Position numbers and translations under genes: made by a program
Part shown: positions 36,674-51,876 of the stretch, piece after piece
Layout: each line of letters opens with the position of its first letter
Position numbering within the stretch: position 1 is the first letter of the stretch
Notes under the pieces: model-generated
What the model was told of the DNA's origin: nothing
What the model saw: only the letters and a program-made list of their open reading frames with translations
Database searches by the model: none
Assembly (NCBI GenBank): GCA_965153285.1
Contig: OZ229111.1
Reading direction: 5' to 3' (one strand)
From: Podarcis tiliguerta
Taxonomy: Eukaryota
DNA length: 64,000 bases

Positions 36674-38411
36674 TACTGCTTCTTACACTTCTGTCTACTT
36701 AGAAGTAAGCCCAACTGAGTCCAATGGGAGTTACTGCCAGGTAAGTGTACATGGGATTGCAGCCTTCAAGCTTCTCTTGGACAGATGCTTCAGCTGAGGG
36801 ATACAGATCCTGTCCGAATATTTACTACTAACAACATATAAACCTATGAATAGCTTCACCCACCTTGTCTTCCATCCTATAAAGTGAGCTCATTGTCTTC
36901 ATAATTGATCCTTATATAGCCAAATGACACCTTCCACAGACAAGGTGGATGTATCAGCAGGCTTAGGGGAATACCAAGGTTTTCAGAAGTACCAAAACGT
37001 TAAGGGGATTTTTAAAAAATATGCCCAAAATAGCCCTATGGGGACTGAGCATACTCCGTGGCCACAGAATGCTGGCTGATTATTGGAAGGGAGAGCAATG
37101 GAAAGCAAGGAAGGGGTGGGGGTGGGGTGGAATGGAGTATCCTGTAAAAGGGCATGGATGTCTGCCACACCTTACTGCAACATTTTTTATACAGGGACCA
37201 CTTGCATTTTCAGTACTGCAATGCATTTTTCTTCAAGGTGGTTTCACAACACATCCCAGCAAGTGTTAGTTAAGATCAGTTAACCAGATTTTACTTCTCG
37301 AAAACGAGCCTGCTTCCCAAGAGCCCCTTCCAGCTTTTGAGGGCACAGGAACCCGTGCAACGCCATTGCTTCGAATACTACTTGGTATAATTGGAGAGCC
37401 AAGGTTGTATAGAAGGAGCTTTCTCTGCGGCTCCTACCACACCAGAGCAGAAGCAACACAATCATGGAAATGAGCTGTGGTGTGACTTCAACTCTCCAAG
37501 ATGACAGAATGATGAGGAACAGCTTCCATACCACTAAAACCAATGCCAGAAGGTACCAAAACTCAGATATGCATTGGAAACTTAAATTCCAGAATTTGGT
37601 ATTTTATCTTTCCTAGCAGCCATATGGATTATTTTCTTTTTGTTGTGTCACTCACAAAATACATGTTTGATTGTGGTGTTTCTACATAAAACCAATTTTG
37701 ATTAATCTTCTATATTGCTGATGGCAGAAGCAACAATGTAGCATACAAGAGGAATAACTATCTAGCAAGGAGTTAACAAATGTTACTGGTTTTGATCAAT
37801 ATTCATGTGAGTAATATTGCATTAAAAGGCCATGTCTTTTATTGAATTATCATTAGTCAAGTATTGACCATATTCAGTGAAGAACAGACTCCTCAGGGCC
37901 TTAAGGCCTCCAAGAAAAAGAAGCTGAACTTTGCTTGTCGAGAGACCCTCAGTGCTCAGGTTCAGTACAGAAGGTCAATGGGATGACTCCAAAATGAGTG
38001 GTTTGTGGCCAGTAGCTTTAGGCATACTCAATTACCAGCCCAATTTACAAGACAGATGCAGCTGGCAAACCATTTAAGAATCCAGTGCTGTCAGCAAACA
38101 AGGCATATGACAGACAGGCTGAACACTATCCGCTTTCATTGGTCATGTATTTTTAAACTCTCACAGGTAATAGCTTGTTCCGCAAGCTAAAAGAAAGAAA
38201 GAAAACCAGTTTCTTCTGTTGTTCACAGTGCAGCTTCTGGAAACAATTGAATGTTACCTCAGGGTTGGGGTTGGAGGCAGAATGATGCTCATAGCCTAGG
38301 CAAGCAGAATAAGCATGCTTCCCATACTGTAGGATTTCAGGAATAGGGTTAGTAAATCCAAGGAATGGTGTCTGTCTAGGCATACACACTGGGGTGAGGA
38401 CAAGCGTCAGT

Positions 38412-38834
38412 TCATCATCATCATCGTCATCATTTATACCCCGCCAATCTGGCTGGGTTTCCCCAGCCACTCTGGGCAGCTCCCAACAGAATATTAAAAA
38501 CATGATAAAACATCAAACATTAAAAACTTCCCTAAACCAGGCTGCCTTCAGATGTCTTCTAAAAGTCAGATAGTTGTTTATTTCCTTGACATCTGGTGGG
38601 AGGGTATTTCACAGGGTGGGCGCTGCTACCATGAAGGCCCTCTGCCTGGTTCCCTGTAACCTAACTTCTCGAGGTGAGGAAACCACCAGAAGGCCCTCGG
38701 AGCTGGACCTCAGTGTCCAGGCTGAACAATGGGGGTAGAGACGCTCCTTCAGGTATACTGGGCCGAGGCCGTTTAGGGCTTTCAGGCTCAGCACCAACAC
38801 TTTAAATTGTGTTCAGAAATGTACTGGGAGCCAA
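38412..38834 (-). mobile_element. L2 LINE 3' fragment
   Basis: VLSLKALNGLGPVYLKERL...RAFMVAAPTL. Same 3' UTR as 31583-31978. Confidence 0.8.
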
Positions 38835-41082
38835 CCCTGATGTCTCCCAGGCTGGGGACTGGGAAGGATAAATGCCCAATGCCTGAGCCAAGGTCTCCCT
38901 ACATCTGAATAAAGTTGTGGCCAATTTTAATCCCATAGCACGTTGTCTTGAGTCATTATTCTGCTTGGGGGTCACCTGGGGTTGGGGGGACTCCGCCTGT
39001 CCACTGTTGCTCTTTGGGGGCAATATGGTATTTTTTCAGCCTCTATCTCAAGTGTAGGTTGCAAGCACATAGGCAATTATAGAAAATGTTTGGTCCTACA
39101 TGCCCTTTGAACTTTTTTTCTGCAGGAATATCCAAAAGGGACTCAAAGATCAGCTATCACAGTGAAAATAATGGAAGAGTAAAAATACTTGCTGATGTTG
39201 GAAATATATATATATATATGGATGGTTTTAACATCTTTGCTTGATTTGGCTGGGCAGTGTTTGCAAATGAAGTAGCCAGATGAATTCTGATTTCACACAA
39301 ATTACAGATAATTTGTGGTAATATGAACTTTTGCAGGAGGGTTTGAAGTTCAGGAGGAATTTTTTTGTAGGAAACTTATAAATCTCAGTGTCAGAAACAG
39401 CATCTAAATTACAGGAAATTTCTCATTTACTAGTACATATTATGAAAATATAAAACTGCAGCCCTTCTACCGCCACAGTGTGTATTTGGTATTGGAATTA
39501 GAGAAAGACCTGTGCTATGGAACATGTATTCTATAAGGTATAATCTAGCGGACACCAGATGACTCAGTCAAATTTGGAGGTGGATTACTGGTCCTTGCCT
39601 CAAGAATCCTACAACTTCAAGCTGGCCTCAGATGCAATCTAAGGAAGAGCACTACGCAGGAGACCAGAGTTAGAGGATTCATCACTTGGCTGTTCCCCAA
39701 ACCCAGGAATTCTGACTTCAATCAAAGAATCAAATTCTCCAGTTTCTCATCATCTTCTTGCCCTCCCTCCTTCGTAAGCTCTAACAAGTAGCAGAGAACA
39801 CGATGATAATGGAAGCTGCCTAGTTACCACGTTAATTGCTCAGTTAAGCTCAGACCCTTACCAAAGCTAATTCCATTGCTCCTGGGAGTTAACACAAAGG
39901 GTCAAGTTGCCTCCAAAATTGAGGGGGCCCTGCATGCAGCTCACATGTGTGACATCACATTTTCTGAAGGCTGAGCCCTCTGGAGCAGCCAGCCACTGAA
40001 ACTGTGCTGCACTGAGCTCCACACTTGGCCTCCTCTGTTCCCTCCACATTGAGGAGGCCCTGCCTGCTTCCAACAAATATTAAGGGGGCCGAAGACACCT
40101 CTCCACCTTAGAGTAGGCACACCTGCTAGGGGCTATCCCAGATCCTGCCCTGCTTGAAGTGGCCTGCATCCTTTTTGGATCAGATTAGTGTCTAGATCAG
40201 TTCTGAGTAGCCTCTCCAGAAATATATGGACTACTAATACAGATCTACTTTTCTATCTAGACAAAAAACTCCAAGGACAGTAAGACAGTTGCATTAGTGA
40301 ACTGAGGCTGTTAGTATCCTTGCCAACTCATAGTTTTTATCTGTATTATGTCTCATGTCAGCCTCCATGCAATCAAATGGAGGTTCTGAAACAGAATCAG
40401 GTAAAGTGGATTTCACCTACATACTGTATACATACACACAGAGAGACACGCACTTTCAGGCATTTGAAACTAAATATTTATATGCAGAACCAAGAAACTA
40501 AAATTATCAGGTTCTGACAATTTATTTGATTATGAACCTATCATAGTCCTGGAATTTTTCTAAATATACTGTACCTATATTTATATACTGTATCTGATTT
40601 CAGTGGATCAACTTTGTGTATCACTTAGTCAAAAATAATTACACCCAGAATAATTACAATGTTTCTAACATGAATTGGAATGACAGTAACACAAATTTGT
40701 TCCTCAGTATTGCATTAGTGCATATATATCCACACACAAACAGACAGACATACATACTGTGGTTGATATGACAAAGATGGTCAAAACACAAGAATAAAAC
40801 AATATTGAAACACTAATAATAATACCATCATTCCATTGAACCCACTGTGAATATGGAATAATTATTTGATTTCAAATAATAATAGATTGAATTGTGAAGG
40901 AAACTATATTGTGTGGAAAGTGTAATAATGGAGATTAGGTGGCTGTTTCTGGGTGGAGTCAAGAGTTTCCCATTACTATCTATTTTTCTTTATTAGTGAC
41001 AAGAAAGTTCTTGTCTAGCTTCTTGCCTTGTGTGTAATCTAAGGCTTGTAAAACAGAGGAAAACAAGTTCATTGCCTTAAAC

Positions 41083-41344
41083 CAGAAGTCAGCAAACTTT
41101 TTCAGCAGGGGGCTGGTTCACTGTCCCTCAGACCTTGTGGGGGGCCCAACTATATTTTTTGTGGGGGGTGGGGGTGGGGGGAGAGTGAATTCCTATGCCC
41201 CACAAATAACCCAGAGATGCATTTTAAATAAAAGCACACATTCTACTCATGTAAAAACACGCTGGTTCCTGGACCGTCCGTGGGCCGGATTTAGAAGGCG
41301 ATTAGGCCAGATCTGGCCCCTGGGCCTTAGTTTGCCTACCCATA
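41083..41344. mobile_element. hAT non-autonomous element
   Basis: 8-bp TSD CCTTAAAC at 41075-41082 and 41345-41352. MER-like termini (gcaaact/agtttgc). Confidence 0.75.
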
Positions 41345-44300
41345 CCTTAAACTGTAAGGACAGCATTGTGAACAGTGTCTCATATTTCTGAATCACATAA
41401 CTTGCATTACTAAGGCAGGCAAGTAATTTCTCTGTCCTGAGAGCACCTCTGCTCACGTATACAAAATTATCTATAAGATATCTTATATAGAGAAATGGTT
41501 TGTTTTTAAATTAATTTTTCCTTCTAAAGCTATTGCCATATCTGCTTCCAAAGTCATGCTTTCATAAATTGCTTGTTCATTTTTAATTTTTTTAAAATTT
41601 GGGTCTTTGATATGATTCCAATAATGCCCTCTTTGTTCATAGCTTACACTTTGCTGCATAAATGTTCTTTGGCTTGATTTCTCAGGTTAAAAATCCAGTT
41701 AGTCTGAAAAAAAGACAACTAGAAAAAGCAGATAAATAGAGCTATCTCCTCACCCCATGAGCATATGCACATAACCATAAGCCTGAATGATTTGGTTGAC
41801 TTTGCTCCTAATGCAAATGAACAGGCAAGTTAATATTCCCTCTGGCCAGAGTGTAGGATAATCCTCCTACTTTGAACTTTGAACCATCTGAGACAGAGGT
41901 CAACTAATTTAGCATGCTTAATCTATAGCGTTTCCATGAAAGCATAATTTATTAGCTCCGGGTTTTCATGGGGAAAAGGTAAAGGCTCTCTTTTGATACT
42001 CTAAGATCCTTTAAACTTGAAAGTTCTATTCAAATAAATTACATCCTGTCTTCAGGATCAGTTCCTCAACTTGGTAGCTTAATATATCCATTACTACTTC
42101 ACACAATACTAACAGTGGTGCCAGGAAAATAAGAGGCCCTTCTCTTGCTTCCACCATCCTCAAAGGCACACTTGATGGGGATGTGGGAGAGGATCTTCTT
42201 GGTGGCTGCTCTCAGACTTTGGAACTCCCTCCCTAGAGACGTTAGATTGGTTCACTCCTTGTTGTCCTTCCACTGCAGATGAATACTTTTTTATTCCAGC
42301 AGGCTTTGGGATCTGACTGTTTTGAATAAGGAGGCTGGCTGCCGAAAAAGTGAAATCTGGAGACAAAAGTTGTTGAGCTTTCTTTGGTCAAAGGTGTGTG
42401 TGTGCATTTGCAAAATCTCAAAAAACAAAGAAACCCCACAACCAATGAAGTTTTTGAGCTATTTTTAAGGATATTCACCAAAATTCACACATCCAACATG
42501 AGTTGCCATATGGTCGGATTTTCCCAAACATTAAAGCGTTTTCTGCCCAGGGTGATGTTTCCAACGGCCGAATCCCAGCTATGTCTGGGAAATTCCGGAT
42601 GTATGGCTGCCCTAATACAGTTGGTCTCTAAGGTGCTACTGGACAATATATCGACTGCATCAGACCAACACAGAGTATATATATGATTGAGCAGTGCTTA
42701 CTGCACACTGTGTAGAGAAAAATGAGGGCAGATGAGGCTCATCAACCTGGGAGAAGGAAACTCTAATCCTAAACCTACACTACCTTGCAGCTATGCTCAT
42801 TCATGAGAAAGACTTCAGGACTAAACCCCAAGGAAAAATCCATACCTGTCCTGCTCTGTGGGACATCTTCTGGAGAAGAAAAGGCTATGGAGTAAATGGC
42901 ACACAAATCTGGAGTGTTGTCCCTAAGAAGGTTGGGTGGCTCCTTGTACACCTCCTTCTGTCAACACCTGCAGCCAAGCTGGTGCCAAATGTATTGCTCT
43001 GCTTTCCTTTGGAACACAACAACGAGACCAAGAGTGGGGTCTTATTGTCTGGGCAACCCAGGACCTCCATAAACCCTACTCAAAAGCTTGTGACTCAGAG
43101 AGGTCACTTCAGTGCAGTTAATGCAGCAAAAACAACATAGGAGGCAGCAGTTATGAGTTAGCTGTCTCTGCAGCCAACAGATGGCATCCATTGGCTGCAG
43201 GCTTCTGTTGTTGGCATCCATCTGTCTCGAGAGATAGTGGAATGTGCCTCAGGGGGTGAAATCAAAATGTTGTATACTTTTGTAATATTTTGTTTTAAGT
43301 TATCTGTTGTTGCTTCTTTTTTGTACACCACTTAGATTTTTTTAATATAATAATAATCATCATCATCATCATCACCTCAAACTTTTTTCTTGGGCAGCAA
43401 AATGTTTGAGGCTGGCCATGCTAGGCAGCACAGTGGAAGAACCCAGGCTAGGAGCCCCCATTTTCCCTTGGCAACTGGACAAGGCTCAGTCACCTACTCC
43501 AGTGGATTGCAACTTCAGAGGCTGCATTACTTAGGACAGCACCAGTACATTGCTTAGATCTGCTCTCCTGCTGCCTCTCAGCATGGTGCTGGAGACTGCT
43601 TTGCATCAAGACAACAGGGCTCAGAGCAGGGCCACCACCAGCAGTCATCATGGCTGCCAAATGCTGGGGCGCATGAGGCCAGGTAGGCTCACCAAGGCTG
43701 ACACCAGTTGTCAACATCCATTTTATCCCCTCTCCTCTGCCTTTAACCTGATTTTAGGTGAGGTGCAGGTACACTGCAAATCACCATCCAAGGCTGCCAC
43801 CTCCTGCCACCTTTATCTGCCCAGAATGCCTTAGGGCATCAATGTAGATGAACAAGCAGAGCATGTGAAGGAATATGGCAGAAAGTGTAGCATCTTTTCT
43901 TGCTGCCTTGAAAATAGCCAAGGTGTGGGCAGGATCTGTGGGTTGCAATTTGGGCGCCCTATCTCAGCTGTCATGATCTGCACTGATGAGAGCCAGAGCC
44001 AAAGGCAAGATAATGTGGTGTTGTGAGTCGAGCATTTGCTTTCAAATCCCAAACACCTCAAAAGCCCAGTTCCTTCTAGATAAGAGAGGTTTTGACAGGG
44101 CGTTTGGCCAGAGGCCACTGGCTATTAATAGGAAGGAAATGCTTCAGATTCTCAATAGACATGAAGATGTCAAAACCTCTTTTTGGGGGTGGGGGGAGGG
44201 ACACATGCTCAAAGGCTTAGGATAGACATCTACCAGTCTGTAGAACCATCTTTACAATTACAGATGATGGTGTATGCTTACTATGTGCTGGGCCAAAAAA

Positions 44301-45051
44301 ACATAACATTTACAAAAGGTCAAGCACCGTTGCTCCTTATGGCTTCCTACCTTTGTCGCTTTATTAGCTGTCATAATCAGAGCTTGCAGAAGAATGTCAG
44401 CAGTTAAGATTGCAGTCCAAGGTATTTCCTGGATTAGGGAAAAAGTTGATAGTCCAAAGCTATGCCTTGATCCATTAAACTTGGCCAGCTCTGAAGTCCC
44501 TAGGAAATGCCTGCACTTGGAGCTATAATTGCTGTTAAAATTCATTGTGAGAGAGGTGGTCGGGAGAGATGGGATTAGTCAACATTCCCCTGCCTCCCAA
44601 TATTGAAATACTTTTGTATGTGTTTGTAGGATGACTGGGAAATATCATCTGAAATGACTCTCTGCTTATGTTATGAGCAAGTCGAGGAAATCACCAGGAA
44701 CTATCAGAACCATAGTCATAAATGTTATCTTTATATTCAGTCATGAACTTTGCATGATTGTGTAAGAAAAGCTGACTTTTCCAGTTTTAATCACCTAAGC
44801 ATGATAGCTTCATGATTTCTGTTTTCCAACCCCCAAATGGTAAAGTCTGTTATTGCAGCAGAACCACTCCACCTATCTTTCAGGCTTCATTCCCACAGGA
44901 GAGACCATAGGAGCCAACTCCTAGGGGCCATGGGGGCTTCACCTCCCCAATAAAGCATTTGTGGGGGCTGAGCCCCCCAAAGTTGATGGGCACTGCCATT
45001 CAAATGGTGTGTGTTTACCGCGTCATGTGATTGATTATGCTGGGTGTGGGA

Positions 45052-45509
45052 TGTCGGAAATCAAGCCTATATCGGGAGTAACTGGCAACACTCCCAGGCA
45101 CCCGGCTTGGTCTCCTGTTGACCTCCCTGGCTGCATTCCCCAGCAAGATCCAGGCTAGGTCTCGATAGGCGATTCTTCTCAGCGTGGGAAGAACACACCC
45201 CTCCCTCCTGCACTCCCGGCAGGGAAAAGGAGATAGACAGAAACGTATTTACATGCTTTTATTCCTGTCTTTGCAGCATTACAGAAAACATGACTGCTCT
45301 CTTCAAGCTCCAGCAGTCAAGAGAAAAACACCTCCTGTACTTCCTGTACAGGAACAAGAAGAAGAGCTCATATTACACTCTGAGCTAATTCCGGTGCGTT
45401 GCCCTGTGAGCTGACTGTCCCTCTGTTTCCCACGGACAGTCACAACATTCCCATCATGTTTACTTTTCAAGCTAGCAGTTTGCAGCTGCATTGCTTCTAT
45501 ATCGTAACA
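45052..45509 (-). mobile_element. Solo LTR inserted into an older DNA-transposon-like repeat
   Basis: Minus strand reads TGTTACG...CCGACA with an internal AATAAA. Flanks ggga/gggc. The host repeat (~44905-45051 and 45510-45555) has uninterrupted relatives at ~63370-63537 and ~34575-34750. Confidence 0.6.
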
Positions 45510-46991
45510 GGGCATACCTCGGCCCCCACAATAATTTATTCAAATTGGCACCCCAGGAAAGACAACCACACCTGCCATCTGCATCTAATTCTAGCAGGTT
45601 TTTTTGTTTTGTTTTTCAGAAGAGAAAAGAGAGCTCAGATTGAACAATTTGAATCAGAATGACACAAAGTGGGTTGCAAACAGAAGGGGCTGCTTCCAAA
45701 TTTTACAAAGGTGCATCTTGTGGTCACTTCCATGCCAGAACTCCTCCCTCCTGATCTCTAGAGCTAAACCGCTAGAGCACCCAGTTTGGGGGCTATCTTC
45801 AACATAAAACCACAGTTACTTTATTTCATGTGAATTGGCTAAGATATTCTTTTAATGCACCAAATCTCTTGTATTATTTTAAAAATTATCTTGAAGTGGT
45901 TTACTCACACAAGAGGGGATGCAGGAATTTTAAAGGGGGAAAGTTTGTTTTTGGACATATTTAAAACATGTGGGATATAGCAAAGATGTCTGGCTAAGTC
46001 ATAAATATGTTTTCTTCCAAAATAACGACTGCTTTCCCTACAGTACACTTTGCAAAAATAAATTGGAATCGCTCCATATATGTAATTTGCAGTTCAAGAA
46101 CACATCCCTAAAAATACCCAGTGTATATGCTGTGATTTCATAACAAAACCCTCCACCGAATGAGGTACTAGACACAGAATCTCAGCTTTTGAAAGTTTTT
46201 TCATACTTATGACTGCAAAGATACAAATTGTGTGGGCAATGCCTGGTAAAATATAATCATCCAGGGGAGCTGTCGGATAAATTGTGCAAAATAGTAACAT
46301 TTCTGGCATGTAACATCTTGCCTCCAAAGCACTGATTCTAACATTGTTTACATTTCGGGAGCAGGGCCACCACAACACACAGTGTGACATGATGCTCAGT
46401 AGTAGACCTTAAGTCATTAAAATAAAATAAATTGGTGCTGCATAAGTATTTCCCCCTACAAAATAGTAATTTCCACATCATTAAAAACTAATGCGTTCTC
46501 AGAATGATCAACTCATGCCCTCTTTAGACACTGCTGGGAGTATTAAAAAGTGGACAGTAAAGGACACAATCAAATCACAATCAAGGACCCATTAAGTCCA
46601 TTTTATTTCAATGGGAGAGAGTGATGGAGATGCTCAGTGCTGCAATTCTATACCCAAGGGATAGCTAAGGTGGCACATTTCAGTTGCTTTGGACTACAAC
46701 TCCCAACATCCCCATTCAGCAAGGCCATTGGTCAGCACTGATGGGAGTTGTAGCTAAGCAACCTTTAGAAGGTGCCATGTTGGTGACCCCTGCTATAACC
46801 AATTACCTGTGAGTTCAATGAGTTCAATGGCAGTTACTTCTGAGTAGATATGGATATGACTGCACTGTTACTATCCATTAGGAAGTATTGGGAATTAAAT
46901 GTTCTCAACTTTGGCTGGGTCATGTCCCAAATATTTGCAGCTGGATTTATGGTCCTTGCCTTCATTTTTTTAGAAAAGGATCGCCCCCAAC

Positions 46992-47179
46992 CATAGCTGT
47001 CAACTTTCAGATTTGAAAATAAGGGATCAGCAGCCTCGAAAATAAGGGATCAGCAGCCTCACCTGTCCCGGGGACAGTCTACGGGATATCTAACAATCCG
47101 GGATAGCAGCTGGAAGCAGTGGGAAATGGTGCTGGAATAAGGGAATTTCCTGCAAAAAAAGGGAAGGTTGGCAGCTATG
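46992..47179 (+). mobile_element. hAT MITE (same family as 28692-28881)
   Basis: Same TIRs and body, perfect 8-bp TSD CCCCCAAC. Confidence 0.88.
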
Positions 47180-47744
47180 CCCCCAACCAGTAAGCGGATT
47201 GTGTCCAAAGGCACGGGGGGGAATTTAAAAGGAACCACACTAAGGAATGCTTATTTATGCTCCAGCTCTACACATCAAGAACTAAAAACATGTGGAGCGA
47301 TAACTGATGGCAACGACTTACATATACTAACGCAAAGAGATTGTGGATGTCATGGTGGCATGCAATGCTAGTCCTACTCAGAACAGTTCATGAATTTCAG
47401 TGGTTCTACTCCAAGTAGGACTTGGCTGAATACTTACAAGTCACTTTAGAAAACACATTTCTCAGTGGTTTCTTTTTCTCATCCCCCAACCCTAGCAAAA
47501 GGAGGCCACTTTTTGTGTTTTCACTAGATATCCACCAACATGTTTTGTGGCGAACTGCTGCTTTCCCCCTACAATGTAGCAGTGCATTGCAAAGATGCAA
47601 AATGGCAGGCTGCCGACACAGTTGCCGCTGTAGCTGCTTGCAACGACAGCAGAAAACAAAACAAAATGAACACTTTAAAAAAGAAAAAGAAAAAGTGGGC
47701 CTCACTCCTGAGAAACCATTTCTCCCAGGGAAATTTGGTGAAGC

Positions 47745-48200
47745 ATCATCATCATCATCATTTAATTATATCCCATCCATCTGGCTGGGTTTCCCCAGCC
47801 ACTCTGGGTGGCTCCCAACAGAATATTAAAAACACGATCAAACATTAAATACTTCCCTAAGCACAGCTGCTTTCAGATGTCTTCTAAAAGTCAGCTAGTT
47901 GTTTATTTCCTTGACATCTGATGGAAAGGTGTTCCACAGGGCGGGCGCCACTACCAAGAAGGCCCTCTGCCTGGTTCCCTGTAACCTCACTTTTCGCAGC
48001 AAGGGAAATGCCAGAAGGCCCTCGGAGCTGTGTCCGGGCTGAATGATGGGGGTGGAGATGTTGTTTAGGGCTTTAAAGGTCAGCACCAACACTTTGAATT
48101 GTGCTTGGAAACGTACTGGGAGCCAATGTAGGTCTTTCTGGACTGGTGTTGTATGGTTTCAGTGGCAACTCCTAGTCTCCAGTCTAGCTGCAATATTTTG
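47745..48200 (-). mobile_element. L2 LINE 3' fragment
   Basis: VLTFKALN...RAFLVVAPALWNTFPSDVKEIN. Same 3' UTR. Confidence 0.8.
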
Positions 48201-51200
48201 TTCTGTATACTCAGTAGTATGCTAGGGCTAATTTGCTGTTCTCGAAAAGTGGTGCCAGGAGAACTCCTTCAACTGGTGCCCTGTTAATTTCTCATTAGGG
48301 AAGTTTTGCCAGACTTTAATAACAGTGGAGCTTTCTTGCAGCAATCTGCTAAAAAGTAAGGATAGATATTATAGACCTTATTCATCCAAAATTTAAGCTC
48401 TTTTAAGCACTAATTATTTACAGCAGGAGAGTTGCTGCTGAACTTTCTCCATTTGAAATCCGTGACACTTCAGGTGTTTATCTTTGGGGAAATTCTGCCC
48501 TTAATTTGCAGAAATGGGTAAAGAAATAACGAACCAGATAGTTATCTAGAGAAACGTGGATCATAGTTGTACATCAAAGCAAGTAAAGAAGGGATAGGAA
48601 ACTGGTGGCTCTTCAGATGTTTTTGGACTCCATCAACAGGGTCAACAGTCGGGGATAATGGAACTGCAGTCTAGGAACATCTGTAGAGCTACAGTTCTGT
48701 ACTAAAGAAATACATCTAAGGCTGCAATTCTATATCCACTTACATAGTAGTAAGCCCTATTGAACTCAGTGGAACTTATTTCTAAGTGGGTGTGTATAAG
48801 ATTGCACTAGTCAATCAAGTTTCTAGGTAAATATTGCAAAGGGAATCTTGGTAGACTCGCAGACCCTTCGTTCCTTGATTGTATGTATAATAAATACCAG
48901 ACATCTGAAGTAATACAATAACCTAATGATTCATTTTTTTGGCCACATGAAGAGGAGGATATTTTAAAATTGTATTCCCCACAAGAGGCAAGCAATTGAT
49001 GGTAACCACTTCAAATGACAAATTAGCCTGAGGATCAGCCATATCAAGAATTCCAAAACCCCAACCATAGTCTGCAAGACATAAAACAACACTTGGGAAC
49101 ATACTTAACATATAAAACACACCTCTGATTTACAGTTTAGTCTCAAATTTACTATTTGTGGAAAAACATAAAGATAATAGAAACACATAAAATTTATTTA
49201 AACAGTTGATGTTTAGCGCAACAGAGTCTGGGATCGAATCTACACACATAAAAAAAAAACATTGTGAAAATGCTTTTTAAAAAAGTTTTGAAAAATATAT
49301 TGAATTTGCCATAGCTCACAACCGCCATCTAGTGCCACATTTGTATAATACACTTTACAGCACACTGAAAATGTTTTATTTGCAGCTCTATAGCTGAGTC
49401 CTCAATGTGTAATGGAAGTTGTGACATTTGGGAGGCACTGTAGCAGTGAGGGAACCTGAGGCACTGCATTCAGAAGCATTGCTGCCTCCTGGGTCCTAAG
49501 CGTATGAGAGAAGAAAAACTTATCCCCATCAGGTTTCATGACACCATGCATGATTTTCTACCCCTTTATTTTGTTCCCTCTTTACTTGCTTTTCTCCTAA
49601 GCTACAAAGCTTCAAACATTACAACCTTTCCTCATGGAAGTAGCTCCTGCCCACCAATTACTTTGGTTGCTCTCTTCTGCCCTTTCCCCATTTCTGAAAT
49701 GCTGTACACATTATTCCAGGTGGAATAAATACAGAGATTTGTATAAAAGCCTTATGACAGTAGCAGTTTTATTTCTGATCCATTTCCTATTGACTAACAT
49801 TTCCATGACTCCCCACCCCCACCCCCAGTTCATTTTCCTGGTCAGTCACTGCCAGTTGAGACCCAATTAGTGTGTATGAGAAGTGACTGTCCTAGGAAAC
49901 CAATAATGTGCTAGATTTCTCTCTCTCTCTCAGAAGCAATTCTAAAGAATGACAGCTCCAAGTGGCTTCAAGTGGAATGACTATGAAGATAATCCTGTCC
50001 ATTTCCCAAGGCTCTTTCATATAATCCTTGCCATCTTCTTCATGCTCCCCCCACCCCGCCTGTACAAATATATCACAGAGTTAGAATATATCACAGAATT
50101 AGAGGAGATCGAAACACCATCCAGCCTTGCCACAATTCTACTGCCACCCATTGATCAGCTTTCCACAAGTCCACCCACTCCAGCCAAACTACAATGCACT
50201 GCGAGCAAGAGAGCAGATGTACAGCGTCAAAGAAAGGGAAAGGAAACAGCTCCAGCTGATCCCAGAAAACAAGATAAAACGATTTTTATTTATTTCAAAA
50301 GTATTTCAAAACTGCTTCAAACGTCTAAGCAGGGTAGAAAAATGTAAATGATAACAGAACCTTGGTTCCTGAATGGCTTAGTTGTTGGACAAATCGGCTC
50401 CCAAACGCCGCAAACCCAGTGTTCCGGTTTGCGAACGTTTTTCAGAAGCTGAATGTCCGACGTGGCTTCCATGGCTTCTGCTTGAGTTCAGGAAGCTCCT
50501 GCAGCCCATTGGAAGCTGCATCTTGGTTTTTGAATGGTTTCGGGAGTCAAACAGACTCCTGGAATGGATTAAGTTTGAGAACCAAGGTACCACTGTACCA
50601 TTAAAAAAACAGATAAAACCAGAAATCTAGTAGTAACAGAATCCAACCTTAAGAACATAAGAAGAGCCTGCTGGATCAATCCACTGGTAACCCATGTATT
50701 CTTAGCATCCTGTTCTCACAGTGGCCCACCAGCTGCCTGTGGGAAACCTGCAATCAGGATTCGAACACAAGAGCACTCTCCCCTCACGTGTTTTCCAGCA
50801 ACTGGTTTTCAACTTCGGTGAGTGCAACAGGACTTCCCCTCCCTCTCTTCCTCCTTGCATGCCACCCTACACCATCCCCAAGTTTGCTGTGGGGAGTTGT
50901 GGGGAAACCTGGAGCAGATGCCAAGGAGTGTGGTGGAGTCTCCTTCCTTGGAGGTCTTTAAGCAGAGGCTTGACAAACATATGTCAGGAGTGCTCTGATG
51001 GTGTTTCCTGCTTGGCAGGGGGTTGGACTCGATGGCCCTTGTGGTCTCTTCCAACTCTATGATTCTATGATTCTATGATTCTATGAGATTGGGAAGGCGG
51101 AGAGAGTAATTATGTTGTGCTTGCCAAAGTCATTCCTCACACAAAATGATTTTGCCCACGTAACGATGGCAGCAATAGCCAATGGTGACAAAAGCAGAGA

Positions 51201-51219
51201 TTGTTTTTTTTAAAAAATA

Positions 51220-51461
51220 CAGTGGTACCTCGGGTTACATACGCTTCAGGTTACATATGCTTCAGGTTACAGACTCCGCTAACCCAGAAATACTGCTTCA
51301 GGTTAAGAACTTTGCTTCAGGATGAGAACAGAAATCGTGCTCCGGTGACGCGGCAGCAGCAGGAGGCCCCATTAGCTAAAGTGGTGCTTCAGGTTAAGGA
51401 CAGTTTCAGGTTAAGTATGGACCTCCAGAATGAATTAAGTACTTAACCCGAGGTACCACTG
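51220..51461 (+). mobile_element. Tc1/mariner-type MITE
   Basis: TIRs CAGTGGTACCTCGGGTTA with TA duplications on both sides. Confidence 0.88.
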
Positions 51462-51876
51462 TATCGTATATGACTTCAGAATGGGAACAAGTTTTGAGGA
51501 GGGAAATTGAAATGCAGGTTAGTTGGTTCTTTGTGATGTAGTCATTGCTGGAAAAGAGATTGGACCAAGTAACTGAAGCAACATGCTTAGCGGCTACTGT
51601 TCCCTTCTCTTCCCCCAAAGTGGGTCTTTTAACTGCTTGTTGAATTGCTTTCTTGCTTTCCTTGTTTGCTTTTGCTTTGAGTTTTTGTATTTGTATTATT
51701 CCTGCTTTCAAAAAAATCAATCAGTGGCAAGAGTTCTAGCCTGCTTTGTCCCCAAAGCCTTGGAATCACTGTGGGTTGTAGCCAATGCTGGTCCTACTCA
51801 GAGTAGACCCCTTGAAGTTATTGGGCATAGCTAACAGGTTTGTTAATCTCAACGGGTCTCCTCTGTGTAGGACAAA

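Noticed and set aside
42730-43270. Probable old retroelement 5' fragment
   Set aside because: Looks repetitive, but family and boundaries could not be supported from the sequence alone.
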